In this document: positions 54,547 through 63,518 of the stretch, in pieces | Position numbering within the stretch: the stretch's first letter is position 1 | How the letters are laid out: each line of letters begins with the position of its first letter | DNA from: a virus | Lineage: Duplodnaviria; Heunggongvirae; Uroviricota; Caudoviricetes | IMG/VR virus record: IMGVR_UViG_3300038443_000660 | Span: 2,082 to 66,081 of that record | Reading direction: 5' to 3' (one strand) | DNA: 64,000 nt | Position numbers and translations under genes: made by a program | Notes under the pieces: generated by a model | Seen by the model: the letters and a program-made list of their open reading frames with translations, nothing else | Database searches by the model: none | Told to the model about the DNA's origin: nothing

Positions 54547-54840
54547 TCAGCCCTTGTGTAAGACCTTCTTATATTCATAAGCATGATTTTCACGATGCCA
54601 TGCTAGAACCGCTTCAAATTCCTTGACAGTTTCGGTAAGACCTTCTGCCGTAAATTCATCGATAAGAACCTGACAGGTGTCTCCCCAATGCTTAAGCCAA
54701 GCCAGCCATTCTGGAACATCGACTAGGTTCTTAAGAACCGTCTTATCCCGGTCACGAATAGCCGTATTCATACCTTCAACGTCAAACGTCTTTTCAGCAC
54801 GTTCCGTCACCATCGTAATGTAACTAATTCGAGCGCTCAT
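54547..54840 (-). CDS. Hypothetical protein
   Basis: 97 aa. Confidence 0.6.
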   Translation of the reverse strand: MSARISYITMVTERAEKTFDVEGMNTAIRDRDKTVLKNLVDVPEWLAWLKHWGDTCQVLIDEFTAEGLTETVKEFEAVLAWHRENHAYEYKKVLHKG

Positions 54841-55046
54841 TAATATTCATCCTCGTCAATAGCCTCGTCGGCTTCGTAGTTGGGATTCGTCAAAACATCG
54901 TAACGATATTTCTTCATCTTTTCAGAATGACAAGAGGAACATGTCCGACAAAGCGGAATATTCCTCGCATCATATTGCCAATGAGAACCTTTTCCAGAAC
55001 CACAAGGACAAGGTGTAACACGAAAAGACATATCGTTTTCCTTCAT
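54840..55046 (-). CDS. Small Zn-binding protein
   Basis: CPCGSG...LC..C..C. Confidence 0.6.
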   Translation of the reverse strand: MKENDMSFRVTPCPCGSGKGSHWQYDARNIPLCRTCSSCHSEKMKKYRYDVLTNPNYEADEAIDEDEY

Positions 55047-55056
55047 TTCTATGCAT

Positions 55057-55084
55057 ATAATACAGAAATGTAGAAAAGAGTCAA
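55057..55084 (-). promoter_or_regulatory. Early promoter with TCTACA spacer motif
   Basis: TTGACT-cttttctacatttctg-TATTAT. Confidence 0.65.
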
Positions 55085-55443
55085 GTTTTAATTTCGGTCA
55101 TGCTGGCGGCGATTGCTGCCCGCATTTTCTTTCTTGCACTATCAAGTTCAGCAATAGTGTATGTCTTATCTGGTCCATAAAATGCATCAAGTGCTGCATC
55201 AACGTTAAGTTCGGTGATGAAAGCATTTGGTAAGCCATGCAACATATGTTCAACCATAGCCTTTGCTTCGGTATAATCAAACAGATTAGTTCCTACAGGC
55301 TTATAAACATGTTCATAAGGCGTAGCTTTATTGGAATATTGCTGAAAACTAATGCCGCCATCTGGACTAAACGTATTAGGGATTTTCCATTGCAAAAATC
55401 GTTGAACCATATATTCGATTTGTTCGTTAGTTGCGCCGTTCAT
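55081..55443 (-). CDS. Hypothetical protein
   Basis: MVQRFLQW.IP..FSPDGGISF...P.GTNLF...A.AMV.HM. Confidence 0.65.
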   Translation of the reverse strand: MNGATNEQIEYMVQRFLQWKIPNTFSPDGGISFQQYSNKATPYEHVYKPVGTNLFDYTEAKAMVEHMLHGLPNAFITELNVDAALDAFYGPDKTYTIAELDSARKKMRAAIAASMTEIKT

Positions 55444-55453
55444 GTGAATTTCC

Positions 55454-55732
55454 TTATGGATTAAATGTGATTTCGCCAGTTACGGTATCCCGTCGCCTGC
55501 CGCTCGCAGGATGACGATGCCAATTAACCGGATCGCCGTTTCCGTCCCATGCCTCCATCGCTTCGATAGCCATGGCTTCGGTCGCAAAGCAATATCGATC
55601 TTCATAACCCCATTCGCTGATATCGATATGCATGGTCCAATGATACAAAAGGCGATGAACACCACAGATGCGACCATCGGACAATGTTCGCATCGCAGTG
55701 TAATATTTTGTGATTTCGGGTGACAATTCCAT
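55454..55732 (-). CDS. Hypothetical protein
   Basis: GYEDRYCF...W.G.GDP..WHRHP.SGRRR. Confidence 0.65.
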   Translation of the reverse strand: MELSPEITKYYTAMRTLSDGRICGVHRLLYHWTMHIDISEWGYEDRYCFATEAMAIEAMEAWDGNGDPVNWHRHPASGRRRDTVTGEITFNP

Positions 55733-55863
55733 CTGTTTACTATTTATCCATATATAGGGAAATTACAGCTTTACCAGCATCAGAGATTTCCATTGGCTTC
55801 ATTGATGGTGGTCCGGGGCGAATCGATATTTGTTTATCAATGCTTTAAGTTCAGGTGACACCA

Positions 55864-56052
55864 TTAAATTCCTTCACCACATTCATTAGTTGGCATCCGC
55901 ATCCTTACGAGATATTCGAGGCACCATTCAGGTGTTTTTTCGTTTGTAAATACACCAGAAGGGCCGAATGAAAGCATAAGCGGCTCTTTCCCCATTGATT
56001 CACGAATCAGTTCAGACAATTCTTTTTCGGAAATGTGAATTTTCTTTTTCAT
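55864..56052 (-). CDS. Hypothetical protein
   Basis: Likely start ATG 56052. Confidence 0.45.
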   Translation of the reverse strand: MKKKIHISEKELSELIRESMGKEPLMLSFGPSGVFTNEKTPEWCLEYLVRMRMPTNECGEGI

Positions 56053-56269
56053 ATGTAATTTTCCCATGATGAATTTGAGCGCCATATTTCGCACTAGACA
56101 AAGCCAAATATAAACCATCAAAAGGATTGGATGAACCAAATGTTGTTAGTTTATACGGCTGCACTGTTCCAACGTGACGAGTTATCATATATTCAATATC
56201 TGGTGACAGAGACGCTTTATAACGGTCCCCGTCCTTTACCCATTCTAGTCGCTTGGTGAGTTTATTCAT
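56012..56269 (-). CDS. Hypothetical protein
   Basis: 85 aa. Confidence 0.5.
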   Translation of the reverse strand: MNKLTKRLEWVKDGDRYKASLSPDIEYMITRHVGTVQPYKLTTFGSSNPFDGLYLALSSAKYGAQIHHGKITYEKENSHFRKRIV

Positions 56270-56271
56270 CG

Positions 56272-56628
56272 CTACTCCACTTCATCAAAGCCGAAAGTGG
56301 CAACTCGATAAACCTTGCCGTTGATTTCGAAATCATCACCAATCATGGACGAGCGATGGCCCCAAACCTTACCGGTTCCATCGACAAAGCGAGGTTCGAC
56401 AACCTCGACATTCGGGTTATAATCAGGATTGTCAACCATCATGCTCGGATTGAAATTGAAATAATCCGACATGGTTTCTCCACCGGACCACGAACCATCG
56501 ATATTCTGCGTCCAACGATAAGCATATTCAAGTGCTGCTTCTGGCGAAAGGTCATCCTTGACGTTCACAGTCGCAACGTGGCAACGGACCTTCTCATTCC
56601 AGTTAGGATAATAAACCTTGACCTTCAT
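56272..56628 (-). CDS. Hypothetical protein (RSxMxGD motif)
   Basis: LEYAYRWTQNIDGSWS...RSSMIGD...F. Confidence 0.65.
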   Translation of the reverse strand: MKVKVYYPNWNEKVRCHVATVNVKDDLSPEAALEYAYRWTQNIDGSWSGGETMSDYFNFNPSMMVDNPDYNPNVEVVEPRFVDGTGKVWGHRSSMIGDDFEINGKVYRVATFGFDEVE

Positions 56629-56629
56629 T

Positions 56630-56866
56630 TTAGCACCCTCTCATAAACGAATACGGTTCAATTCCAAATAGTTTCTCAACTCGTGCCATCTGTTCAGACA
56701 TAACGGCCCGATACTGTTCCTTGACAGGTTCCGGCCAATCTTCATCGGCAAGCCGCTGAAATGCAAGGCCCATTGCAGAAACAAGTTCCTCTTGGCAATA
56801 TTCCTTGATTTCGGTCTTACTCACATATTTCTGGCGCATTTCCCGTCTCCGGTCTTCCATCATCAT
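56630..56866 (-). CDS. Hypothetical early protein
   Basis: 78 aa after TTGACA at 56904-56899. Confidence 0.6.
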   Translation of the reverse strand: MMMEDRRREMRQKYVSKTEIKEYCQEELVSAMGLAFQRLADEDWPEPVKEQYRAVMSEQMARVEKLFGIEPYSFMRGC

Positions 56867-56900
56867 TCATATATATTTCTATAATATAGAAACGAAAATG

Positions 56901-57098
56901 TCAAGAAATTTTTTTCAATGGTTTAACAATCTTACGGGCTTTTACAGAAAGATTTCTGGATGCTTTGTACACTGTGTTTTTTTCGAAGAAAAATTCACCG
57001 ATTTCTGGTTGTCTGAAATCTACAACTTCGAATGTCCATCTTCCCGGCAGAAAGGGAAACCATACGGCCTTTTCTTTTTCCATTACTCTACCACGCAT
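56901..57098 (-). CDS. Hypothetical protein
   Basis: 65 aa. Confidence 0.45.
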   Translation of the reverse strand: MRGRVMEKEKAVWFPFLPGRWTFEVVDFRQPEIGEFFFEKNTVYKASRNLSVKARKIVKPLKKIS

Positions 57099-57523
57099 TC
57101 AACATCGTCAAAAGCGCACCAGCACCAGTAACCGCCAGCACCAGCCCAATGAATATGACCAGCACGAATCTTTACCGGCGAATGAGACAGGTCAACGTAT
57201 CCATTATCAACGTTATGAACAGTGACGGTCTGCCGACGAGTCGAAACTCGTTCCTTATGGCCGGGGCGATAGCTGTAAACCGTGGCACCCTTGCGAACCA
57301 CAACCTTCTGGCCTCGCTTGATTTCCAAGGAATGGAACATGCCGATATTGGCCAGTTCGGAAATTCCATGGTCCATCATATATTCAGCACAGGCATAAGC
57401 CTCGTGATATTCCCTGTAAAAAGAGATTTTACGACGCCCATCGGAAGTTTCGTCGCCATGAAATTCTCGATACTGCTTTTCAGCGGCTTCACCAATCTCA
57501 ATCAGACGAGCAACAGTGAACAT
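57083..57523 (-). CDS. Hypothetical early protein
   Basis: 146 aa after TTGACA at 57580-57575; GC-richer. Confidence 0.65.
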   Translation of the reverse strand: MFTVARLIEIGEAAEKQYREFHGDETSDGRRKISFYREYHEAYACAEYMMDHGISELANIGMFHSLEIKRGQKVVVRKGATVYSYRPGHKERVSTRRQTVTVHNVDNGYVDLSHSPVKIRAGHIHWAGAGGYWCWCAFDDVECVVE

Positions 57524-57576
57524 TTCTAATTCCTCTTTCTTCCTACATTTTTAAATTATAGAAATTTGAAAGAATG

Positions 57577-58335
57577 TCAAGTGGCAATCGAAGAAAAAAG
57601 TTCTGCAACATGATTAGCATTGTCTAAGGAATAGGGAGAACGAATATCAGCCGTCAATCGGCCAACAACGATAAGTCCAACACCAGCAACTTTTTCATTG
57701 ATCGATTTGACCAATGAAGACCCAGAACGTTTTAATCTGACTTCAACATTGATTTCGCCCTTGAATTCTGGTATGGGTAAGTTCAACGGATTTTTACCAA
57801 GATAAAACAAACCTTTACCTTCAATTTGCATATAATAACAACCGGAACATTTTGAATTGTAGTGGTTGACGATAAGCTGTTCGGTAAATGGAATTTTTTT
57901 CGCTATTGGAATGAGTAAGCCATTTTTCTTGGCTTCGACCCACGACTGTTTTGTTACCCGAAATGGGATTTCGGTAATTTCTTTTTGAAATGAATGAGAG
58001 TTTCGTAAAAATTCCAGAAGATCGCCAATGAAATTTTTAATGGGTAACAAAGCATTTTCTGTTACCATATCAACGAATGATTTGTCTAAGTGAGATTTTG
58101 CAGGATAAAAGGTTCCCATCTTTTCATCATACTTGAATGATGTTTCTCCAAATTGGGAACCTTTCCCTTTGACTTCGATATTTGTCTGTCCGAAATTTGT
58201 ATTCAATTTTAAGTCAACTTCATGAGAATTAAAATTTCCCAATCCGTCATCTTTTTCTAAAAGATTTGGTAAAACTGAATTTATTGTCGTTTTCACAAAA
58301 TTTTCATAAAGTATTCCGTTATTTGTAATTTCCAT
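57577..58335 (-). CDS. Putative PD-(D/E)xK restriction-like endonuclease
   Basis: G..YE..V...VDL...NIEVK. Confidence 0.55.
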   Translation of the reverse strand: MEITNNGILYENFVKTTINSVLPNLLEKDDGLGNFNSHEVDLKLNTNFGQTNIEVKGKGSQFGETSFKYDEKMGTFYPAKSHLDKSFVDMVTENALLPIKNFIGDLLEFLRNSHSFQKEITEIPFRVTKQSWVEAKKNGLLIPIAKKIPFTEQLIVNHYNSKCSGCYYMQIEGKGLFYLGKNPLNLPIPEFKGEINVEVRLKRSGSSLVKSINEKVAGVGLIVVGRLTADIRSPYSLDNANHVAELFSSIAT

Positions 58336-58360
58336 GTGACTCCTTCAAAGAGGGAGTCAC
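58336..58360 (-). promoter_or_regulatory. Hairpin sequestering the Shine-Dalgarno of the putative nuclease
   Basis: GTGACTCC-CTCTTTGAA-GGAGTCAC directly followed by ATG. Confidence 0.7.
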
Positions 58361-58384
58361 CCATTTTTTACATTAGTTCGTTCA

Positions 58385-59551
58385 TTAGTTCATATGAAGT
58401 TTTTTGAATTCTTCATATTGCTTGTTCTGAAAGGTGTGTTTTCGTACCCTTCTAAGCAATGTTTCTCTTAAATCATTCCCTGCAAAAAGAGAGAAAATGA
58501 TTGGTACATCAGTATTTGTAAATTTTTGCGAAATCTCTGTGGCGAACTTTTTCTTATCACCAGAAGATAGTTTGTAAGCGGTATCGAATAATTCTCTGTA
58601 TTTGTATTCCTGATTCTGGATTGTTTCCCAGAACCATTTTTCAACTTCGTTAACTTTTTCCAAATCTTCCTTGAATAACAATCCCTTCAAGTCATCAATC
58701 TTTTCATCAATGATGGCTTGAATTATGTTTCGTTCGGACTCAGCATTCTCTTTCGAGCGATGAAATAGACAATATTCCTCGGATTTGATTTTGACCATAT
58801 GACCGGAATCAAAACGAACGACATATCCTTCAATGCTAAGTTCTTTCCGAACAGATTCAATAAAACGGGTGAAACCCTCTTTTTCAATTAAATTTCTGTT
58901 AAATGATTTTACAACTGGTATATTAAATCTGTTTCCAATTTCTTGGAAATCGAGATATTCACCAGTTAAATTACACCTTACAGCAGTAAGTAATAATGTG
59001 TCAACAGAATAATCTAATACTATTCTGTTTTTATTAGAACACCATTCGAAAATTGGAGTATATCCATTATCATAGCAGAAGAATGACAGTTTGTTATACT
59101 GTTCATTGGCGTCAGCAAAGTTATGTGCATTGATTGCAACATCGGTGATGCCCATTTTTGTCCCATAGAACAATTCGTCGCCCAATATGACAGGGCGAAC
59201 CATGGAACCATCTTCCTTAGCCAAAATCTGGTAAGGTTGCGAAAAATCTAAACTATATGCTTGTGTTTCTTCTTTTTCATTGACATTGAAGAATTTATGA
59301 AAGCTTCTGGACATGATGTCACCTTTAGGGGTGAACATCAGTCCTCGGCACTCACGTCTTAATGCTCGATACAATGATTCTTGTTCCAAAATGCCCGGTT
59401 CATTGGGATTTTCGAATGTATCTGGTTTAGAAACCACGTATTGAATGACGATGTAATCTTTTTTATCTGCTACAATGAATTCTTCTTTATCTTTGATAGC
59501 AGGAAGAACATCATCAATAGATTTGATGATGGGAAACTTATAAAAATTCAT
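58385..59551 (-). CDS. rnlA: RNA ligase 1 (T4 Rnl1/RnlA family)
   Basis: RECRGL...SRSFHKFFNVNE...KEDGSMV...IFEW...NRIVLDY...LTAVR...EGYVV...VKIKSEEY. Confidence 0.92.
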   Translation of the reverse strand: MNFYKFPIIKSIDDVLPAIKDKEEFIVADKKDYIVIQYVVSKPDTFENPNEPGILEQESLYRALRRECRGLMFTPKGDIMSRSFHKFFNVNEKEETQAYSLDFSQPYQILAKEDGSMVRPVILGDELFYGTKMGITDVAINAHNFADANEQYNKLSFFCYDNGYTPIFEWCSNKNRIVLDYSVDTLLLTAVRCNLTGEYLDFQEIGNRFNIPVVKSFNRNLIEKEGFTRFIESVRKELSIEGYVVRFDSGHMVKIKSEEYCLFHRSKENAESERNIIQAIIDEKIDDLKGLLFKEDLEKVNEVEKWFWETIQNQEYKYRELFDTAYKLSSGDKKKFATEISQKFTNTDVPIIFSLFAGNDLRETLLRRVRKHTFQNKQYEEFKKLHMN

Positions 59552-59853
59552 TAATTGTATTCGACTAGAGAACCAGTTTCTGCAATGATAATAAGACGCA
59601 TCAAGTCAAGGAATGTTGGAGCGTACAGAGAATTGGTTCTATCGTCATCGGATGGTTCTTTAAGATTCAGCGCCCAATGCATAGACCAAAGTTCGTTTGT
59701 ATCAATCGCTTCTCTGTACTTTTCTTCTGATTCCCATTCCTTATCGTTGTAAATGAAATCTGTCTCAAACATTTCTTTGACAGAATAATTATTGGCTTTA
59801 TGCCAATTGTGCATAATGGATAGATCGGTATGATTAGGTAAAATTACTGACAA
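59551..59853 (-). CDS. Hypothetical protein
   Basis: 100 aa. Confidence 0.6.
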   Translation of the reverse strand: MSVILPNHTDLSIMHNWHKANNYSVKEMFETDFIYNDKEWESEEKYREAIDTNELWSMHWALNLKEPSDDDRTNSLYAPTFLDLMRLIIIAETGSLVEYN

Positions 59854-59932
59854 TCTTTGATTTCCTATAAGTGTAAATAAGTATCATACACCTATATATC
59901 AAAGATTGTCAAGTTTTTTAGTTATAGTTCTA

Positions 59933-60343
59933 TCAACTTTCCATTAATGCAGCATTTTTATAGAAATAGAATTCTGCATTATTAACATAATGGAATACGT
60001 TAGAAAAATTCTGTGCATCCACATTATTTACATAATCAGCATTTGGCTGCATTGCGGATTGAGGAACATTTTTCTTCAACCATTCCGTGATTACGTCATA
60101 ATCGACGGCAACGGACGTAGGATACCAGAACAAAATCTTATGCCCTTTGATTATTGCGGTCATGAGAGAAATATAAATGGGTTTATCGCCAATCTCCCCC
60201 ACATGACGGATATAACCAGAACGTGTTTCAATCCATTCATATTTTTCATGATAATCACGCCAGAGACAATTCTGTTCAAAAGTATTCGCCTCTACCGTTC
60301 CGATAATTCCATCCAGATATTCCTTGATATGTGCATCAGTCAT
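59933..60343 (-). CDS. Hypothetical protein
   Basis: Start ATG 60343; VEANTFEQ..LW. Confidence 0.65.
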   Translation of the reverse strand: MTDAHIKEYLDGIIGTVEANTFEQNCLWRDYHEKYEWIETRSGYIRHVGEIGDKPIYISLMTAIIKGHKILFWYPTSVAVDYDVITEWLKKNVPQSAMQPNADYVNNVDAQNFSNVFHYVNNAEFYFYKNAALMES

Positions 60344-60686
60344 TCTTATGTCCTCCCTTTGCGAGAGCGGCCAGTGTGCAGCGCATCTCGGCACAGTCGT
60401 CAAACATACCTGCATTCACCGCATCTGGTGGGAGATTGGTGTTTTCCTTAACGATTTTCCGTGCCGCCTCTACCGTCCGCTCTGGGGCGGTGACGGGACG
60501 ACCCTGCACCACGCTTTCACGAACGTGAAGGCGGATATACTCTTGATACTTCGCAATGATTTTACGGGCGAGGTCTGGCGTAAAGTCATTGTCGTCATCT
60601 GGCAAATCGGGTAGCCCAAACATAGCAAAATCCTTTTTAATCAGCAACTTGCAGCACTCATAGTACATCCACCTTTTTATATTCAT
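60336..60686 (-). CDS. Hypothetical protein
   Basis: 116 aa. Confidence 0.5.
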   Translation of the reverse strand: MNIKRWMYYECCKLLIKKDFAMFGLPDLPDDDNDFTPDLARKIIAKYQEYIRLHVRESVVQGRPVTAPERTVEAARKIVKENTNLPPDAVNAGMFDDCAEMRCTLAALAKGGHKND

Positions 60687-61077
60687 ACGAACCGTTTTTC
60701 ATGTCACGCCAGAAACCGATACAGCCCTGTACAACATGACCGAATGCTTCCTTATCGAGAATATCATAATCAAGTTGAGTGAAAAACTCTTTATTCAATT
60801 CATCGTATTTATTTGTCAGATTTTCATAGATGAAGTTTTGGTCATTTCGAAAATCTTTGTCAATTTTTACCATACGGTCATGAAATCCAAGTTCCTTATA
60901 CTTCTTTTTAATCCAAGTATGAAGTTTGGAATCCTTTGCTTGTTCATTGCAAAGTTCGATGATTCGTTTTGCACGTTCTTCATCATCAGAATTAACTACA
61001 CAAATGATAGACGTGTAACCGTGATCATCATAATCACCGTCATCTTCAAAATAAACCACAAACATATCATTCTCCAT
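60658..61077 (-). CDS. Hypothetical protein
   Basis: 139 aa. Confidence 0.6.
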   Translation of the reverse strand: MENDMFVVYFEDDGDYDDHGYTSIICVVNSDDEERAKRIIELCNEQAKDSKLHTWIKKKYKELGFHDRMVKIDKDFRNDQNFIYENLTNKYDELNKEFFTQLDYDILDKEAFGHVVQGCIGFWRDMKNGSYEYKKVDVL

Positions 61078-61315
61078 CAGGAACTAGATTATCATTTTCA
61101 TCATAATGATAAGAATTATCAAAAACGAAATGGTCGCACGAGGATGTGTATATAACGTAGGAATATCCAGATACATATTCCATAGCATCATTCCAATCCT
61201 TTACTGGATTTCCAGTATCGAATTTGACGACTTCATTGTCACAAGAAATCGTAACGGCTCGATAGGAGTTATCGACTCCTTCATCATAATCAATAGAAAC
61301 AAATCGAAGCTTCAT
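61067..61315 (-). CDS. Hypothetical protein
   Basis: 82 aa. Confidence 0.55.
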   Translation of the reverse strand: MKLRFVSIDYDEGVDNSYRAVTISCDNEVVKFDTGNPVKDWNDAMEYVSGYSYVIYTSSCDHFVFDNSYHYDENDNLVPDGE

Positions 61316-61566
61316 TTCATTTCTTTCTTGAGTTCATCAAAAACCGATTGAAATTTTCTTCCCGTCTTAATGGCACAATGCTCTTTTATCTTTTCGGACA
61401 ATTCCAAAGCATGTTCAATTTCAAGTTCGATTTCTTGCCATTGATGATTACCAAGATATATTGCGATAGTTATGCGTTCACCACCGCAATCAAGATAATT
61501 ATACCGATGCACATTGATTTGTGTCGGTTCACCGTGCCTGTCGGTCGAATAAACAGCATGAGACAT
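61312..61566 (-). CDS. Hypothetical protein
   Basis: 84 aa. Confidence 0.55.
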   Translation of the reverse strand: MSHAVYSTDRHGEPTQINVHRYNYLDCGGERITIAIYLGNHQWQEIELEIEHALELSEKIKEHCAIKTGRKFQSVFDELKKEMK

Positions 61567-61719
61567 TTACTTGTCTTTCTCGTTCTCGGCATCGTCCTTC
61601 TCAAAAGGACCGTCCAGATACCGGAAATCGGTAACGTCATCATCATTGATGGTTCGCTGATCACGGATTAGCTGCTTGAGAATCTTATCTCGCTTCTTTT
61701 TAGCCTCTTTCCGAGTCAT
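61567..61719 (-). CDS. Small charged early protein (50 aa, not in ORF track)
   Basis: GGAG SD; MTRKEAKKKRDKILKQLIRDQRTINDDDVTDFRYLDGPFEKDDAENEKDK; TTGACA at 61786-61781. Confidence 0.55.
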   Translation of the reverse strand: MTRKEAKKKRDKILKQLIRDQRTINDDDVTDFRYLDGPFEKDDAENEKDK

Positions 61720-61792
61720 TTCTCCAAACTCCAAACACGCACTTCATTCGCAAATTCTATATATAACAAAAATATAGACATGTCAAGAGCAT

Positions 61793-63046
61793 TTACATAT
61801 TTGCAGTTTGTTGTCTTGGTGAATATGGAATTGTAACAAACTCGTCCGTTGGGAACATCTTCTTAAGATTTTTGATTTTTTCATCTGCCTCTTGTGGAGT
61901 GAAACCGATTCTTTTACCAGCAGTTTTAAATGCAAAACCAATCTTTCCGCCATGTCGTCTATGAATAGTAACCAAGCCTGAATCTTTCTTTCCAGTCTCT
62001 GGTTTGCCCGGTCGCTTATGACCAAATGACTGATTACCAGATTTATTCATGCTGGAATTACCCATGGACCGATTTCTATCAACAAATTGTCCATTACGGT
62101 CGTTTTGACCATTATTATCCATATCGTTATCGATAGGTTGTTGTGTCGGAACACCAGCTTTCATTAGGCCATCCTTGGCCCCGTCGATATAATGTTGACC
62201 AGCTTCCATTTGCTTGTGAAGTTCTGAATCTTTAGGGATATTGTCCTTAATCCAAGAAAAAAGCTTACCACGAATATCCTTAGCCTTGGCAATCGGTCGT
62301 CCCTGTCTTTTGACAGTCATGTATGTGAAACCAGCAATGTTGAAATCAGCTTTTTTACCGTCTTTTAGCTTTTTTGTGTGTTTTTCAGCGACATTCGGTG
62401 ATTCGGAATATCTAATGGTTTGATTGTGATTATTCAGAACCACATTAATGTCACCATCAACACCATCGGGAACGTTTCCATTTAGAATGGAATGCATGGT
62501 TTCAGCCGCCCCTTCATGGGTTTTCAAAAGAATGTCACTTGGTACAACTCTTTTTCTGTCTTGGTTTGCTTTCACGGCTAAATGATAATCGGTCAAAATC
62601 CATGTGATATGAATATTTTCTTTTTTGTATCCGGCAGCTAATAGCGCAGGCATGACTTCTTCAATGTCTCCCGTATCCTTTAAGGTTACGTCAAACATGA
62701 TGTTTGGAAGCCTGTCTTTTGCATGATTGTTCAAAAGCAAATCTAGCGTCTTGTCTTTAATTTTGAATTTTTTAACAAATTCATGCAACTTAAACACGTC
62801 ATCTGGATTTTTTAAATTCAGATTGCGAATTTCTGGATATTTGTTTTTGAGGGTTGATAATTTCTGGAAACTCAATTTCCATTCGTCAACGTCACGAATC
62901 TTGAATTTGTGAGAATCCATGAAATTTTCTCTAGCATAGCCTTTCCCGGATGCGGCCCCACCAGCTAGAAAAATAACAGTCCCATATCGTGCATCATTAG
63001 AATATAATATCTGTTTCTCGGTCAAATACTGTTTAAAGTTTTTCAT
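61793..63046 (-). CDS. P-loop kinase-like protein with N-terminal capsid-targeting-like sequence
   Basis: MKNFKQYLTE; FLAGGAASGKG...DVDE...FDVT...ANQDRKRVVP; GATAAATA at 63082-63075. Confidence 0.65.
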   Translation of the reverse strand: MKNFKQYLTEKQILYSNDARYGTVIFLAGGAASGKGYARENFMDSHKFKIRDVDEWKLSFQKLSTLKNKYPEIRNLNLKNPDDVFKLHEFVKKFKIKDKTLDLLLNNHAKDRLPNIMFDVTLKDTGDIEEVMPALLAAGYKKENIHITWILTDYHLAVKANQDRKRVVPSDILLKTHEGAAETMHSILNGNVPDGVDGDINVVLNNHNQTIRYSESPNVAEKHTKKLKDGKKADFNIAGFTYMTVKRQGRPIAKAKDIRGKLFSWIKDNIPKDSELHKQMEAGQHYIDGAKDGLMKAGVPTQQPIDNDMDNNGQNDRNGQFVDRNRSMGNSSMNKSGNQSFGHKRPGKPETGKKDSGLVTIHRRHGGKIGFAFKTAGKRIGFTPQEADEKIKNLKKMFPTDEFVTIPYSPRQQTANM

Positions 63047-63118
63047 TTGTAGTCCGTGTTTCTCTATATAGTTCTATTTATCCTTTTTATGGTTTGTTTT
63101 CTCTTTCTTCGAAAACAG

Positions 63119-63152
63119 AAAAGGCTCTATCGATGTTTTGGTAGAGCCTTTT
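63119..63152 (-). terminator. Intrinsic terminator, possibly bidirectional
   Basis: AAAAGGCTCTA/TAGAGCCTTTT 11-bp stem, 12-nt loop. Confidence 0.65.
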
Positions 63153-63161
63153 AAAATATAT

Positions 63162-63512
63162 TTACATTTTCTGTAGACAAACTTTATCAGAACCTGATTT
63201 CTTGATTCCGATGTGAATTGCAGCTTGTTCAGATAGGTCGATTATTCTGTTTCCATAGAATGGACCACGGTCATTGATTGTTACCGTAACAGATTTTCCA
63301 TTCCGTTGATTTGTGACCTTTACTCTGGAACCGAATTTAAATCTTCGGTGTGCCGCCGTGAGTTTGTTTTTGTTGAATCTGGCACCAGATGCTGTTCGTT
63401 TTCCATGAAATTTAGAACCATACCAAGAGGCATGACCACAGTGTTTAGTTGCGGCCATAGAGGATTGTACTGGCAACATTGCTATTGCCAGCGCTAATGC
63501 TATTCTTTTCAT
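63162..63512 (-). CDS. rlpA: RlpA-like (DPBB) lytic transglycosylase with signal peptide
   Basis: GHASWYG.KFHGKRTASG..F....LTAAHR...FGS.V.VTN..NGKSV.V.INDRGPF...RIIDLS. Confidence 0.92.
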   Translation of the reverse strand: MKRIALALAIAMLPVQSSMAATKHCGHASWYGSKFHGKRTASGARFNKNKLTAAHRRFKFGSRVKVTNQRNGKSVTVTINDRGPFYGNRIIDLSEQAAIHIGIKKSGSDKVCLQKM

Positions 63513-63518
63513 TAATCA

